Below are positions 41,929 through 55,929 of a stretch of DNA of 64,000 nt, in pieces. Both the position numbers and the translations under genes were made by a program. The number at the start of each line of letters is the position of its first letter. The first letter of the stretch is position 1. The DNA comes from Chrysomallon squamiferum (Eukaryota > Animalia > Mollusca). The notes beneath the pieces were generated by a model. That model saw only the letters and a program-made list of their open reading frames with translations, was not told the DNA's origin and ran no database searches. The stretch covers positions 22,444,001 to 22,508,000 of the forward strand of contig CM022679.1 of NCBI GenBank assembly GCA_012295275.1, read 5' to 3'.

Positions 41929-43097
41929 GTAAGATTAATGAGTAGTGAATTTCATTACCTTAATATCTCAGTGAATTTTATAGTTTAATCTAAACTTATT
42001 ATTTGTTTTTGTGTCCCTCTCACCCCATACACACAAACGCACACACACACACACACTGTCTGTGTGTGTATGTGTGATTTATTCAACATGTAAAAGAAAA
42101 AAACTCATTTGTGTTCAGGTAAATTCATATTTCTTTCGAATGACAGAAAATTTTAATCCTGGCATGATTGCAATATTATGTATGGAGTTACTTTGTAAAA
42201 ACTACTGGCGCACAGTAACTGTAACAATGAAAAAAGACGATAAAGAAAACAGCTAACTACGTTTACAGAATATTTATAAGATGTATTTCATCGATATTGT
42301 TCTAGATGAAATTACAAGATCAATTATTATTTCTTATCCGAAACTTAGTAATTTTACAGTTTGTACTTTTATTTTCATAATGCTCTATATTATTGTTTTT
42401 TTATTACTTGTTAAGGAAATGTATACCAAATACTTTTATGAAAGTGTTGTCTTAATGCTTTATGCCATGAAACATAAACCTGTTTCACTATTATTATTAT
42501 TATTATTATTATTATTTTTACTATTATTATTAGTAATAGTTAGTATCGTTTCTTCAAGATAGCGTCTCGAATAGATAGGCATTCCTTTCCGTTTACAAAC
42601 AAATAAATCTAAAAATTAATTGTTTTATTCTTTATGTTCTTCTCATGCTTATATAAAGTACATCACATGCTGAAGGAGAAAAATAACAACAGAATATTCG
42701 ACTTTTGAATATTTGGAGAAAATAACATTAACGTAATCTTAGCTTTTTGGATATAGATGGGTTTCTTTTATCGTCAAACCATTCATAATCGTCTTTTAAA
42801 CTTATTTATTTATCTTTATGTTATATATGCTAAAAAACGAGATTTCAGTGAGTATAACTTTAAGTCAGGGTAATTATTTTAATACAATACTTATAAATCT
42901 TCATTTATTTTATTTCATTTTATTTCATTTGTTTGACTGTTTATTATTATTATTATTTTTTTTTTTTTGTAACAGAGGTACTTCTACTGCTATCATAACT
43001 AATAATCGTAGCTGCAGTAGTAGTTGTGGTGGGAATAAAAGTAGTAATATATGTAGCGGTAGCGGCAGTAGTTATTGGTAATGCCAGCTGAACACCA

Positions 43098-43487
43098 GTG
43101 ATACTCTTGTTTGTTTCAAATTTTAAGAAGGGAAAAGACAAAATATTTTATGGTAGAATTGTGTCCAACACAGAACTCATCAGCAAACGTAGAAAACGAT
43201 ACAGATTGATTAAACTTCAACACATAAAGTATGGTCTTATAGATGCAACAGCTCACAGTCCTCGAGCCATGCACAACGCGAAAAATTTGAAACAAGGATG
43301 GAATTATACTTTACGACATGTAACTGTTAAACCTGTTCCCCAAAAGTACAAACACAGGAATTTATATAAATTAGAAATAGTTATAGAGGATGAATCTGAA
43401 ATAATTGGTAATGACAAGGAAGATGTAAAGATTGAAAATATGCCGTATGAATCAATTGCAAGAATTAAATGTTATATCATATTATAA
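43098..43487 (+). pseudogene. Truncated paralogous OB-fold exon
   Basis: FKKGKDKIFYGRIVSN...YTLRHVTVKPVPQKYK...LEIVI...YESIARIK aligns with the first half of 47212-48008. The acceptor is changed from TTTCAG to TTTCAA, and the sequence is cut off by a duplication breakpoint at about 43470-43490. Confidence 0.7.
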
Positions 43488-43488
43488 T

Positions 43489-45061
43489 GCTATCATCGAT
43501 TTAACATGGCAGAAATGAAATCAAATGAGTCATATCTTGAGAATAATTCCTAGTTTCTAACACTTACAGTGACACGTTCTCTGGTGGGTTTTTTCCATTT
43601 ATTTACGCATGCAATCACAACAACAACAACAACAACATCAACAGCAATAACAACAACAACAATAATAATAATAATGACAATTATAACAACAAAAACAATA
43701 ACAACAACAGTAATAATAATAATATATTGTTTAACATTTTGTAATAACTTCATAAAAATTCATAATAATAATTAAAATCAAATAAATACATAAATTATTA
43801 ATAATAAGAAAACAGTAAAGAAACTATGAAAAAAGAATCAAATAAATAAATAAATAAATAATCTAAATATTGACTCATATTCTTTTTACGTTCTTCTCAT
43901 GTTTATATAAAATAATCGAATACTGACTGAGATTTTTGAATATTTGGGGAAAATAATAATAATAACTTCATTTACTCTGTGAGTTAATAAACTTGCGGTC
44001 CTAATGCATCAATCTTTTCCATAAAACAGACCTCCCCAACTGCTTGCTTAATTTTTGCCCAGTTAGAATGCCGCATGTCAAGTTCTTAGAGAACAGTGTT
44101 AAAATGTACAAAAACTGGAATTTTTATTTTGTCCATCCAGAATTTGTACCATTATCAGAATACCTCATGTAGTCTTATATAACCGACGATTTAGATAAGA
44201 ATAATAAGAAGTGAAAAAGAACCTGTTTTTATATTTATCTTTGATTTTGTTTATTTTATTTTTAATTTATATAATTACAATAATGATAGGAAGGCTTTTT
44301 TTTTTTTTCCAGTCTGTGATATTAATTTTCACTAAATTTTCAACCAGCAGTAAATCAATTCAAAAATAGAAATGATATTTGGGTAAGACCATAATCTGAC
44401 CTTGACGACCTAGTAGTATCGCTTCTTCAAGATGGCGTCTCAGATAGACATACCTCCTTTCAGTTATCTTATCTTGCTGATTTAGGCGACATTTATTTAA
44501 TCTAGATATTTTAAATATATCTGCAAATCATTCATAATCATCCTGATATATTTTATTTTCATATCTTTAATCATATTCTTTTGTTTTATCACTATAATCG
44601 TTATTATGAGCGAATAGGACTGAGTGAGTGCTACTCTAGGTCAAAATAGTTATTTTAATAGTTTATGTCAAATTTCATTTACTGATTGTTTTTGCTCTGT
44701 TGTTATTGTAATTTATTTGTTTATTTATTTAAAATTAATAATTAATATTGTTAATGATGATGATGATGATGATGATGATAATAAACAAAATGAATAAAAT
44801 ATTAATAAAATAATGAAAAATAAATTTATAAATTAATGACAAGAAAATACATTAATAGAAATAAATAAAGAAAGAAATCGATGCCTTAAAACAACCCGTA
44901 TAATCTTTCAAATACAGACATCACCAGCATATACGTATATTGTACAATTCCCTGCTTTATTATTATTTTTTTTTCAAATTAAATAATTATTTATTTATTT
45001 ATTTAATTATTTATCTATCTTTTTATTTTAGTTTAATTTATGTAGTTATTGATGTTATCAT

Positions 45062-45107
<46 letters not shown>

Positions 45108-45322
45108 CACATACAATCTTTTTCATTTATTATTTTTCTTCCAGTTAATTCATATAAATAATTTTATTTTTCACTATGCTTATTATTTACATAAGAAATG
45201 CAAATCGAAATTCCACACGATCCAATTTCTCGGTTCTTCTTGATTATTACACAAAAAATTATGTTAATTTATCATTTCTGATTCAGTTTTATAAAAAATA
45301 ATAAACAGTAATAAAACAATAT
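43489..45322 (+). repeat. Segmental duplication, homologous to about 49525-51498
   Basis: Collinear shared blocks such as GCTATCATCGATTTAACAT, GACCATAATCTGACCTTGACGACCTAG and CCTTAAAACAACCCGTATAATC. Confidence 0.85.
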
Positions 45323-45986
45323 CTTTATTATTTTAATGAATCGGGGTATGTTTTTGTTTTTATTCTTTTTATTTTTTATTTTCCCCTTCCTGTTTTTACG
45401 TCTGCTCTGATTCTGACGCTGGTAACAGTTTTCTTGTATACGGTTATATTTATAATCTGTATCTGCGATTGGTGATCAATTTACATTTCATTTGACGGTT
45501 ATGACATCGTCAAAGTAACTAGCTTCACCTTGGTGCAAACTAAGTGGTTTGGGATTTACCTTCACATAGAGTAGTTTATTGACATACATCTTTAACTGAA
45601 TTATTTACATGTTTAATATGTTGTATAGATATCCTAAGTAAAGAATATGTTGCAAATAATTACTAGTTTCATTCTTAACATTTCTAGGTAAAATGTAATT
45701 ATGTTTGTTGGTCAGTTATTAATTATTTGAATTAAATTTCTGTGCACGATTTGCGAATGTTTCTACAGATAATCACAACAATTTAAAAAGAAAAGAAAAG
45801 AAAAGAAAAACGCAACAAATAAAAAACCCAAGGAAAGAAAGCAAAAATAATAATAATACTAGTAAAACAGAATACACGAACTACATATATATATATATAT
45901 ATATATATAGTGTTATTATTGCTGTTTTTAATGCTATTATTGCTGGTTGTTTTAGATTTCACTATGTCATATCTATTTATTTGCAG

Positions 45987-47080
45987 TGAGCAAGAAACGA
46001 AAGGAAGAAATGAATATGGACCGACTGCGGGAAAATTTGGTGGAAATAACTGAAAGCATTAAGACAAAGCTGCTACTAAACTACATGGTACAAAAAAAGG
46101 CAATAACACACGATGAGAAAAAAACCATAAAAGGGTTTTCACGAAAAGAAGCAGCTGAAACTCTTTTGGATATCGTACGTATTATTCCATCTTTTCTCTT
46201 TGTTCAGTTTCTGTATCTAATGTCTATGATCAGAGATATCTGCGTGGTTTGAGGCGATGGAAAGATGTCTATTCTTCTCTTTGGCCTTCCGGCAGTCTTT
46301 TTTTTTCTACTTACTGCCCAGTTACCTACTCTCTGCATACAAAGTATCCTGGGAAATGAAGTCTTGCTATTATTTATATTACAGAGTGGAGGTACCATCT
46401 CAGATAACGTTTTAGCATTATATTTATATGTTTTTAATTCCATATTACCGTTAATAATAATAATAACAACAACAACAACAACAACAACAATAATAACAAT
46501 AATAATAATAATAAAAACAACAACAACAATAATAATAACAATAACAATAATAATAATAATAATAATAATCATAATCATAATAATAACAAGAACAACAACA
46601 ATAATAATGATAACTAAATAAATTAGAAAGAAATTAAAATAAACAAATAAATAACAAAATGAAACCGTTACATGTTCATTTATTTATTTCTTTTGTTTCA
46701 GATTTTCGATAATGCCATTTCACGTATACATAAAGTCTCAATGTGTGAAGTTTTCATGGAAGCACTAAAGAAATTTCGCTATAGAAATCTGATAAAGAAA
46801 CTCGAAGACACAGAAGTTGAAGAAGATTTTGGTAAGCGGTTTTGAATGTTTCATGTTTATATTAATCGACGTTAACTTAATATTTCGGTCATTTGACTAC
46901 ATTGTCTGTATGCTTACTTACATGATTACATGTTCTTAGTTTTGTTATTTATTAAAAAACCTATGAAATTAAACAAAATAAAATAACATAAACAAAAAAG
47001 AATACCATCCGCACTAAATCGGGTAGATTGTATTGTCATGGGTGGATAAGAGCAGAACAACCATCATTTTTAATAATAAC

Positions 47081-47111
<31 letters not shown>

Positions 47112-48008
47112 GTGATGATAAGAGATCAAAATTTTCTGATTACAATAATAATAGTAGTAGTAATAAAGTTTTTGTTAACCAGAAAATAAATGTTGATCTT
47201 TTATGTTTCAGATTTTGAAAAAGGATATGACAAAACTGTCATCGGCAGAATTATGTATAATGCAGAAAAAGTAAGCAAAAAAAACAACCCATACACATTT
47301 ATTTTACTTGAACATAGACAGCATGGAATGTTGGAGGTCACAGCTCATAAACGTGTACCCATGAATATCGCCAAAAATTTGATCCCAGGACGGAGCTACA
47401 CTCTCCGCCATGTTAAAGTGGAAAAAGTTCCAGACAAATTCAAAAGTACGGACACAGATTTAGAAATAATTATAAAGTATGACACTGAATTTTGTGAGAG
47501 CAAAGAAAGTCTAGAACATCTAAAGACAAAGTATGAATCAATTGCAGAAATAAAAAGAAAGCCAAATAACTCGAGAGTGAATCTTACTGCCCAGGTTGTA
47601 AAAGTCACTGAGCTTCCTAGAACAAAGGGGAATAAATACAGACGTGAGAGGCTTTTGCTGTCTCAGAGAAATGATAACATACCGATGGATGTATTCTGTG
47701 AAAACGCAGGAAAATTTAAGGAGAGAGACATTATAGAGATAAAAAATGTAAGACTGAAGAAATCTGATGATGGCCCTTTTCTGTGGACTTCGACAAAGAC
47801 AGATATAGAAAGGAAGTGTATTCTGAAAGAAGATTTCCAAGAATATGCTGAATCAGATGATGATGATAATGAGGAGGAAGGTCGTGAAGGAGAATCACTG
47901 AAAAAGGAAGATATTTGTAAAAAACGCAATCTGTCAGAGAATAATTCGGAAATCCTCCACCAACCCAAAAGAAAGAAACGAAATATAAAAACTGAAGCAG
48001 ATGCCTAA
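45987..48008 (+). CDS. CARD (death-fold) + tandem OB-fold protein with acidic/NLS tail; exons 45987-46174, 46702-46831, 47212-48008 (5' exon(s) upstream)
   Basis: The first two exons give a six-helix CARD pattern (DRLRENLVEITESIKTKLLLNYMVQKKAITHDEKKTIKGFSRKEAAETLLDIIF...CEVFMEALKKFRYRNLIKKL). The last exon has two beta-rich repeats, the second RPA/OB-like (SIAEIK...VNLTAQVVKV...IPMDVF...DIIEIKNVRLK...LWTSTKTDIE). The tail has a D/E run and PKRKKR. Intron phases 0 and 1 are consistent. Confidence 0.8.
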
Positions 48009-48381
48009 TTATAATGTCTAACTGGAAAGGCGCGTACGGAGATCTTAGAGAATAAATATGAAACTGGAATTTTCACATTGTTGGGCCAGCTGTTATAGTA
48101 CAGACATGGTCATTAATAAATGTAGCAGTAGAAGTAACAGTAGGAGTAGTAATACTAGCAACAGTAGGATTAGTTGATCTGGTGATGGTGCTGTTTTTTT
48201 ATTATACTACATTTCACTGGTTAAAATGTACTTACAGCAAAGTAATAAAAATATTTATATTTACAAGCTATTTATTTGTTTTATTTATTTATTTATTTAT
48301 TTATTTACTTACTTACTTATTTATTTATGTGCATTCGGCAAGGAAGAAGGACTGGGTTATGACGTGTGATTCTGAAACCTG

Positions 48382-48543
48382 CTTCAGAAAAACTGGAATG
48401 ATGGATCGTATCTCTCAACTTCGACTAAAACAAATATAAAAATATATGAAAGAAACTTTCCCAATACAAATGAATCAGATGATGGTGATGACGACAATGA
48501 TGATGATGTTGAAGAACAATTGGGAAAGAATAGACAAGAATAG
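48382..48543 (+). pseudogene. 3' fragment of another OB-fold exon paralog
   Basis: LQKNWNDGSYLSTSTKTNIKIYERNFPNTNESDDGDDDNDDDVEE...* versus LKKSDDGPFLWTSTKTDIERKCILKEDFQEYAESDDDDNEEE in the intact gene. Confidence 0.65.
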
Positions 48544-48598
48544 AAACACATAGCAAAGAAACTGATTTTATATTCAACTTTGATTTTGTCGTAAAGTA

Positions 48599-48668
<70 letters not shown>

Positions 48669-48784
48669 AATAAATAAATAATTAAAAACTGGACATATCC
48701 CCAATAAAAAAATTAAATAAGATCCTATTATTATTATTATTATTATATATTATTATATATTATTATTATTATTATTATTATTAA

Positions 48785-49215
48785 CAAAATAATACTGTTG
48801 AGGATTTATGTCAGAATGTCCTTTCAGTCGATGATATCGATTTTCACCAACTTGGCAAGCAACAGAAAGATTAATTCTAATATGAATAGTTGGGGAAACC
48901 AATAATGTGACCTCGATGACCTAGCAAATAGAAAGGCTTCAAATCGTAAGTGACACCACTCGTTTCTTAGAAATCCCGCAGTTTCAAGATGGCGTCTCTG
49001 ACAGGTAGACGTTACTTTACGTCTTACTTCTATTCCTTTATCTTGCTGAATTAGTTCAGATGTATTTAATTAGAACATTTTGGTTACATAAAAATTTCTT
49101 TTATCTTCAAATCTATCGTAATTTTATTATCATCATCATCATCATCATTATCATCATTAACTATCTGCATTTATGGTTTACTCCAGAAATCATTTTTTTT
49201 CTAGTCTGCTCTCTT
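48785..49215 (+). repeat. Near-identical duplication of about 53360-53792 containing a MASLT first-exon module
   Basis: Shared sequence from AATAATACTGTTGAGGATTTATGTCAG to CTAGTCTGCTCTCT. In addition, 53084-53340 is repeated at about 53808-54085. Confidence 0.85.
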
Positions 49216-51223
49216 TGCTTTTTTACGCATGCGTTTATGACGTCAGTGTCTCCTGATACAAGCATTTTATTGGATAATTATGATATGATATAAACAGGTG
49301 ACAGCTTCAAGATGGCGTCTCGGACAGGTAAATCGTTTAAATGTTATATCTGTTGATTTATCTTCCTCATTTATCAATGTTACAGTGTTGAAAAAATGCA
49401 GTAAATACATGCATTCTTGTAGCATTTTATTAATAAGCAACTGTAAATGAGTAAATTGCCTGTTTATCATAGAAGTAATAAGTAAATGTGTTGATAAATC
49501 TAGTTTCATTTCATTTTGAAGTAGGCTATCATCGATTTAACATAGCAGAAATGAAATCAAATTAGTCAGATCTTGAGAATAATTCCTAGTTTCTAACTTT
49601 TTCAGAGACACGTTCTCTGGTGGGCTTTTTCCATTTATTTATGCATGCAATCACAACAACAACAACAACAATAACAATAATTTGTTTAACATTTTGTAAT
49701 AAGTAATAAAAATTTACAATTAATAACAAAAACAAATAAAATAATAATAATAATAAATAGGTAAATGTTTTTACAAAATAAAAATATTTTGTTTTACATA
49801 TTGTAATAAGTTCATAAAAATTTATAATAATCAATAAATTATAAATATAATTAATTTATTAATTAAAATAATAATTAAAATCAAATAAATATATAAATTA
49901 TTAATAATAAGAAAACAGTTTGAATAAATAAAGGAAAGAAACTATGAAAAAAGAATCAAATAAATAAATAAATAAATAATCTAAATATTGACTCTTATAT
50001 TCTTTTTACGTTCTTCTCATGTTTATATGAAATAATCAAATACTGAAGGAGAAAATTTTTGCCCAATTAGAATGCCGCATGTCGTTCGACTTTTGAATAT
50101 TTGGGGTTAAAATGTAATAAAAACTGGAATTTTTATTTTGACCTGTCCAGAATTTGTAGCATTATCAGAATACTGCAACAGCTTGCTCTGATTAGCACGT
50201 TAATTTTTTATTCCTAAGAATAATACAAAGTGAAAAAGAACCTGTTTTTATATTTATCTTTGATTTTGTTTATTTTATTTTTGATTTATATAATTACAAT
50301 AGTTACGGATTTATGATAGGAAGGTTTTTTTTTTTATTTATTTATTTATTTTTTTTTCCAATCTTTGATATTAATTTTCACTAAATTTTCAAACAGCAGT
50401 TGAAAAATAGAAATGATATTTGGGGAAGACCATAATCTGACCTTGACGACCTAGTGGTATCGATTCTTCAAGATGGCGTCTCAGATAGACATACCTCCTT
50501 TCAGTTGTCTTATCTTGCTGATTTAGGCGACATTTATTTAATCTAGATATTTTAAATATATCTGCAAATCATTCATAATCATCCAGATATATTTTTATTT
50601 TCATATCTTCCATCATATTCTTTTCTTTTATCACTATATCATTATTATGAGCGACTAGGACTGAGTGAGTGCTACTCTAGGTCAAAATAGTTATTTTAAT
50701 AGTTTATATAAAATTTCATTTACTGATTGTTTTTGCTCTGTTGTTATTTTAATTTATTTGTTTATTTATTTAAAATTAGTAATTAATATTGTTAATGATG
50801 ATGATGATCCTGATAACAATAAATAAATAAAATAAATAAAATATTAATAAAATAATTAGTAATAAAAATAAATTTTGAAATAATTAGGAAAATAAATAAT
50901 AAAATGTTTTCAAACGAATGAAATAATCAGTAAATAAACAATTATATATAAAAAATAAATAAATAAGTTTAATAAAATAAAATAAAATAAAATAATGAAA
51001 AAATTGATAAATTAATAATAAGAAAATACATTAATAGAAATAAATAAAGAAATAAATCGATGCCTTAAAACAACCCGTATAATCTTTTAAATATAGACAT
51101 CACCAGCAATACGTATATTGTACAATTCCCCGCTTTAGTATTAGTATTTTTTCAATTTAATTATTTATTTATCTATCTATCTTTCTATTTTAGTTTAATT
51201 TATGTAGTTGCTGATGGTATCAT

Positions 51224-51281
<58 letters not shown>

Positions 51282-53280
51282 CACTTACAGTCTTTTTCAT
51301 TTATTATTTTTCTTCCAATTAATTCATATAAATAGCAGTTTTTATTTTTCACTATGATCATTATTTACATAAGAAATGCATATCGAAATTCCACACAATC
51401 CAATTTCTCGGTTCTTCTGGATTTTTACATTAGAAATTATGTTAACTTATCAGTTCTGATCAGTTTTCTTAAATAATAAAAAGTAATAAAACAATATCAA
51501 TATAATTGTTTTTACTTATTTATCAATTTTTATTTTTTATTTAGTTATTATTTTGAGACTCAGATAAATTAAAATTAAATTTATTTTTGTTTCATTTTTT
51601 TTTTTTTTCGTGTTTAACCTAACAATTTGTACTTTTATTTTCATAATGATTTTTTTTTTAAATAATTTTTTTATGACTTATTACGGAAGTGTAAATCAAA
51701 TATTGATTTATCAGCGCATTTAGCTGATTTTTATTGTTGTTATTGCTATTATTATTATTATTATTATTATTGTTATTATTATTATTATTATTGTTATTTA
51801 TTTTAATTTTTTGTATTTACGGTTCATTCAATAAATCTTCATTTTTTTTTCTCACTATATATTATTTCTTTCCTTTCTTAAAGCAATATATAACTGTAAT
51901 ATGAAAACAACAGACGATGAAAACAATAGATACGTACGTTCACAATATTTATAAGAAGTATATGACATATAATACATGTGTACACACAAATGTGCAAATC
52001 AGATAGTGAAATTCTTGTTTGAATGATCTCAAAAACGCATACGTATGTAAACATTATGCTTGTTTATACATGTGTTAAAGAGATCAAAGTGTCACTGTAT
52101 GTGATTGGATGGTTATGATATCATCAGTACAGGCAACACTAAACGTTTCAAAATGGCGTCTCGGACAGGTAGTACTTTTAAGTGTTGTGTCTGTTGATTT
52201 ATCATGTTATATATCAAAGTTATAATGTTAAAATTGTGCAATATTTATATGTATTCTTGTAGTGAGTTATTAATAAGCAGCTTTAACTCAGTTTATTTTA
52301 TGTCAGTTAAAGTGTATAATGTGATAATTAAACTGGGAAATAAACATAAAAGAAATAAATTCACAGTAGCTTTATCTGGAGAATGGTCGATTTTATATCG
52401 TGGTTTTTTTATTGTGTTTTTTTTTTAAATGTTACATTTATCGTTTAAGTATGTTTGATTTGATTTTAAAGCATATTCTATTTGAGTGCGCGAAAGAAAT
52501 AGTATAATGATCCGCTAGTTAATAATACATACACCATACATTATATTATAGTAATTTGAGATTGAGTTACTTTGCAATATAGTGTATTTTGTGGGAAGAC
52601 CTTAGGGCGGCGGCGTAAACTCTTGTTATTTCACTGTTGACACGAAGGATGTTAGGCATTTTTAATCTAAAAATAATTCGCTGGTATTTTTCCTACTGAG
52701 ATAGTGATTTGTTTCAGACATTTTTCAGAATGAATACTGCGTATCCCATGTAGTTTTAAACCAATTTGATAAGTTATATATCAAAATGAGTCTTTTGCTG
52801 AATTCTAGACTGATATAATATTTTAAGTATGTTGGTGACAGACATGAATTTTAATTACCTAATCAACTGTACAAACTAATGCATATGAACTGTAAAAATC
52901 AGGTTATTAGTATCAGTTCTCGTGATCACTATGTCCACCCATCAAACATGTTTCTAATCTGGGACGCTAGCTGGCTTTGTAACAAATTTCTTCATCATCA
53001 TCTTTATCAAATACTTGGCAGATTAAGAAAGGAGGGCATCCTGACCATATATTAAAGTTCCGTCAAAACTTACTTTTAGCAGCGTGATCGGTTTGAAATG
53101 AAAACATTATCTATTGAGTCTCTGTGGCTTGTTAACATTCTTTGATTAAATAATTTCTGTTTTTCTGATTTATGAATCAAAACAGAAATTAATACAAAAA
53201 ATTTAAAAATTAAAAGCACTATCAAAATACCCCAATCACAACCTTTCAAAAATAAACAACAGTAAACCACAAATAAAACT

Positions 53281-53340
<60 letters not shown>

Positions 53341-54232
53341 GTTATTATTATTATTATTAAAAGAATAATACTGTTGAGGATTTATGTCAGAATGTCCTTT
53401 CAGTCGATGATATCGATTTTCACTAACTTGGCAAGCAACAGAAAGATTAATTTTAATATGAATAGTTGGGGAAAACCCATAATATGACCTCGATGACCTA
53501 GCAAATAGAAAGGCTTGAAATCGTAAGTGACACCACTCGTTTCTTAGAAATCCCGCAGTTTCAAGATGGCGTCTCTGACAGGTAGGCGTTACTTTGCGTC
53601 TTACTTGTATTGCTTTATCTTGCTGCATTAACCCAGATGTATTTAAGTAGAAAGTTTTGGATACATACAAATTTCTTTTATCTTCAAATCTATCGTAATT
53701 TTATTATCATCATCATCATCATCATTATCATCATTAACTATCTGCATTTATGGTTTACTCCAGAAATCATTTTTTTTCTAGTCTGCTCTCTTAAGGCAGC
53801 ATTTATATGTGATCGGTTTGAAATGAAAACATTATCTATAGAGTCTCTCTAGCTTGTTAACATTCTTTGATTAAATAATTTCTGTTTTTCTGATTTATAA
53901 ATCAAAACAGAAATTAATATAAAAAATTTAAAAATTAAAAGCATTATCAAAATATCCCATCCACAACTCTTCAAAAATAAACAACAGTAAACCACAAATA
54001 AAACTATCATCATCATCATCATCATCATCATTCTTCTTCTTCTTCTTCTTCTTCTTCTTATTATTATTGTTATTATTATTATTAACTTTCAGTCATCCGT
54101 TCGAGACTCATTTGGAAACATTCACGAACAAAATCCAGTAAAAGTAAGTAAATTATTAATCCTAGTTTTTCACATATGGTACAAAGTCGTATCTATTATC
54201 AGTCGATCTGCAAAATGCTCTAAACACACGCC

Positions 54233-54287
<55 letters not shown>

Positions 54288-54459
54288 CAGGTATTTTAAT
54301 TTTGTATGAGTTGTGAGTAAATTAGATTGGATTATAGCTTATTAATTCATTATTGTTTAAACAATGGTGAATAGTTAGACTGGATTATAAATATATTTAT
54401 TTATTATTTTTCTTTAATCCAGTGGTGTGGTAATTATATTGAATTATAATAAATATGTT

Positions 54460-54655
54460 TTATAATTTTTGTTTCTCCAGCGGTTGTGTTAATGGCACCA
54501 CATTTCTCAACTTGGACACGAGTTTCGGAATCGCGTCTTGCATTAATTCGAGATGGTGATCGGAAATGGTGCGGACAGAAAGACAAGAGTGAGCGTCTAA
54601 TTTCGTACTTTTTTCTATTTCATTTTGCTTTTTCATTTTATTAAAACAGCCTTTA
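54460..54655 (-). pseudogene. Possible degraded death-fold (CARD-like) exon
   Basis: ISDHHLELMQDAIPKLVSKLRNVVPLTQPLEKQKL* resembles CARD helices 1-2, and stops follow. This is pattern recognition only. Confidence 0.3.
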
Positions 54656-55929
54656 CTATATTGACCCAAAATATTGTCTGTATGTAAGATGTATAATAAC
54701 TGAACAACAATCCTAGTCTTATTTACAAACCCTGTGTGTGTGTGTGTGTGTCTGTGAGTCTGTGTGTGTGTGTGTGTGTCATTGTGATAGTTTCTCACTC
54801 ATGATACATATACACATACACAGGGTTTCTGCTATGCTGGAAAAATCTCCCAACTGTGTAAATGCATTAGGGCAAAAAGAGGCCATGTAAAGGCAAAAAA
54901 AGACAAATCGACCTTACCAAGAAATTGTTAGAACTGTAAAATTAAACATTTTCATGTATTCACTGATATATCTTATTTTCTAATAAAACTGGGCCCTTAA
55001 CATAAAATCTTTATACAGACTGATACCATAAGTGACAAAATTATTTAACAAAAGTTTTATCTCAGTTGACTGTCGATACCTAATCACAAGAAATCATTTT
55101 TGCAGCTATTCACAGTAGTTCATATGGTCGCCTTACCCGGAATTAAGTAATGAAAAAAGATTAAGATTTGTGTTTACTGTCCTTGTAATATTACCAAGAA
55201 ACAAAGAAGGCATATTATTACTAATATTCATTTCTAGTTAATTTCTAGTCATGTGTTAATATCGATACTGAAGTCCAACAATAACGATGATATATTCGAC
55301 ATTAATACACAAATACAGCTCAAGATATTTATATCAATTTGTTTTAGAATGCATTAATAAGTTTAAAATTGTTTAATTATGAACCTGAATTCGGTCCCAC
55401 AGGAGGCTTCATATAAAACACACAAAGAAGAATAACATCAGTCCCAGTACAGTAGTTTAAATATATGAGCATTTATTATTTAAAAATAAAATACTGTGTT
55501 AGCAAAAGAAACTTGACAAATCTTAGATATTCTTCAAAGAAAACAAATTGATAAAACATTTTAAAATAGCTTTAATATTTTCAAAGATTCAAGCGTTTTA
55601 CATTTTAAGAAATGGAAAGAGCCCTAAGACTCAAAATAATTTTATAAGAGAAAAAATATTTCTCAACCTTATTATATACTTCAAAACCAAAGGATATTTC
55701 AAAATGATGACCGACCTAAAGTATATATTTTATTTAGTTAAACACACTAAATAATAACTTCTTTCATTAACATAACAAACAGTTATTTACTATATGAATC
55801 ATATCCTGATTTCAGGTTTAATGAAAGCATACAGTGAAGTGTCTCTTTGTTGAAAATAATTATTTCTGTTTCATTTTGTAGATGAGCTGATACATATATA
55901 TCTGAGTATGTTAGGTACTACAAGACAGA

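Noticed and set aside
40880-42020. ~400-bp triplication as a CRISPR-like array, or as the minus-strand ORFs MFKSVLFIVV...
   Set aside because: The context is eukaryotic, with no short repeat-spacer structure. Splice signals support + strand exons, so the minus ORFs are antisense shadows.
47190-48008. OB-fold ORF as canonical RPA1/POT1 or a Helitron-borne RPA gene
   Set aside because: It is spliced in frame to CARD-like exons, lacks RPA1's other domains and zinc finger, and has no Rep/helicase or Helitron ends nearby.
52600-53070. Microsatellite-free stretch that looks like degraded coding sequence
   Set aside because: There are stops in the frames examined and no recognisable motif, so it cannot be assigned.
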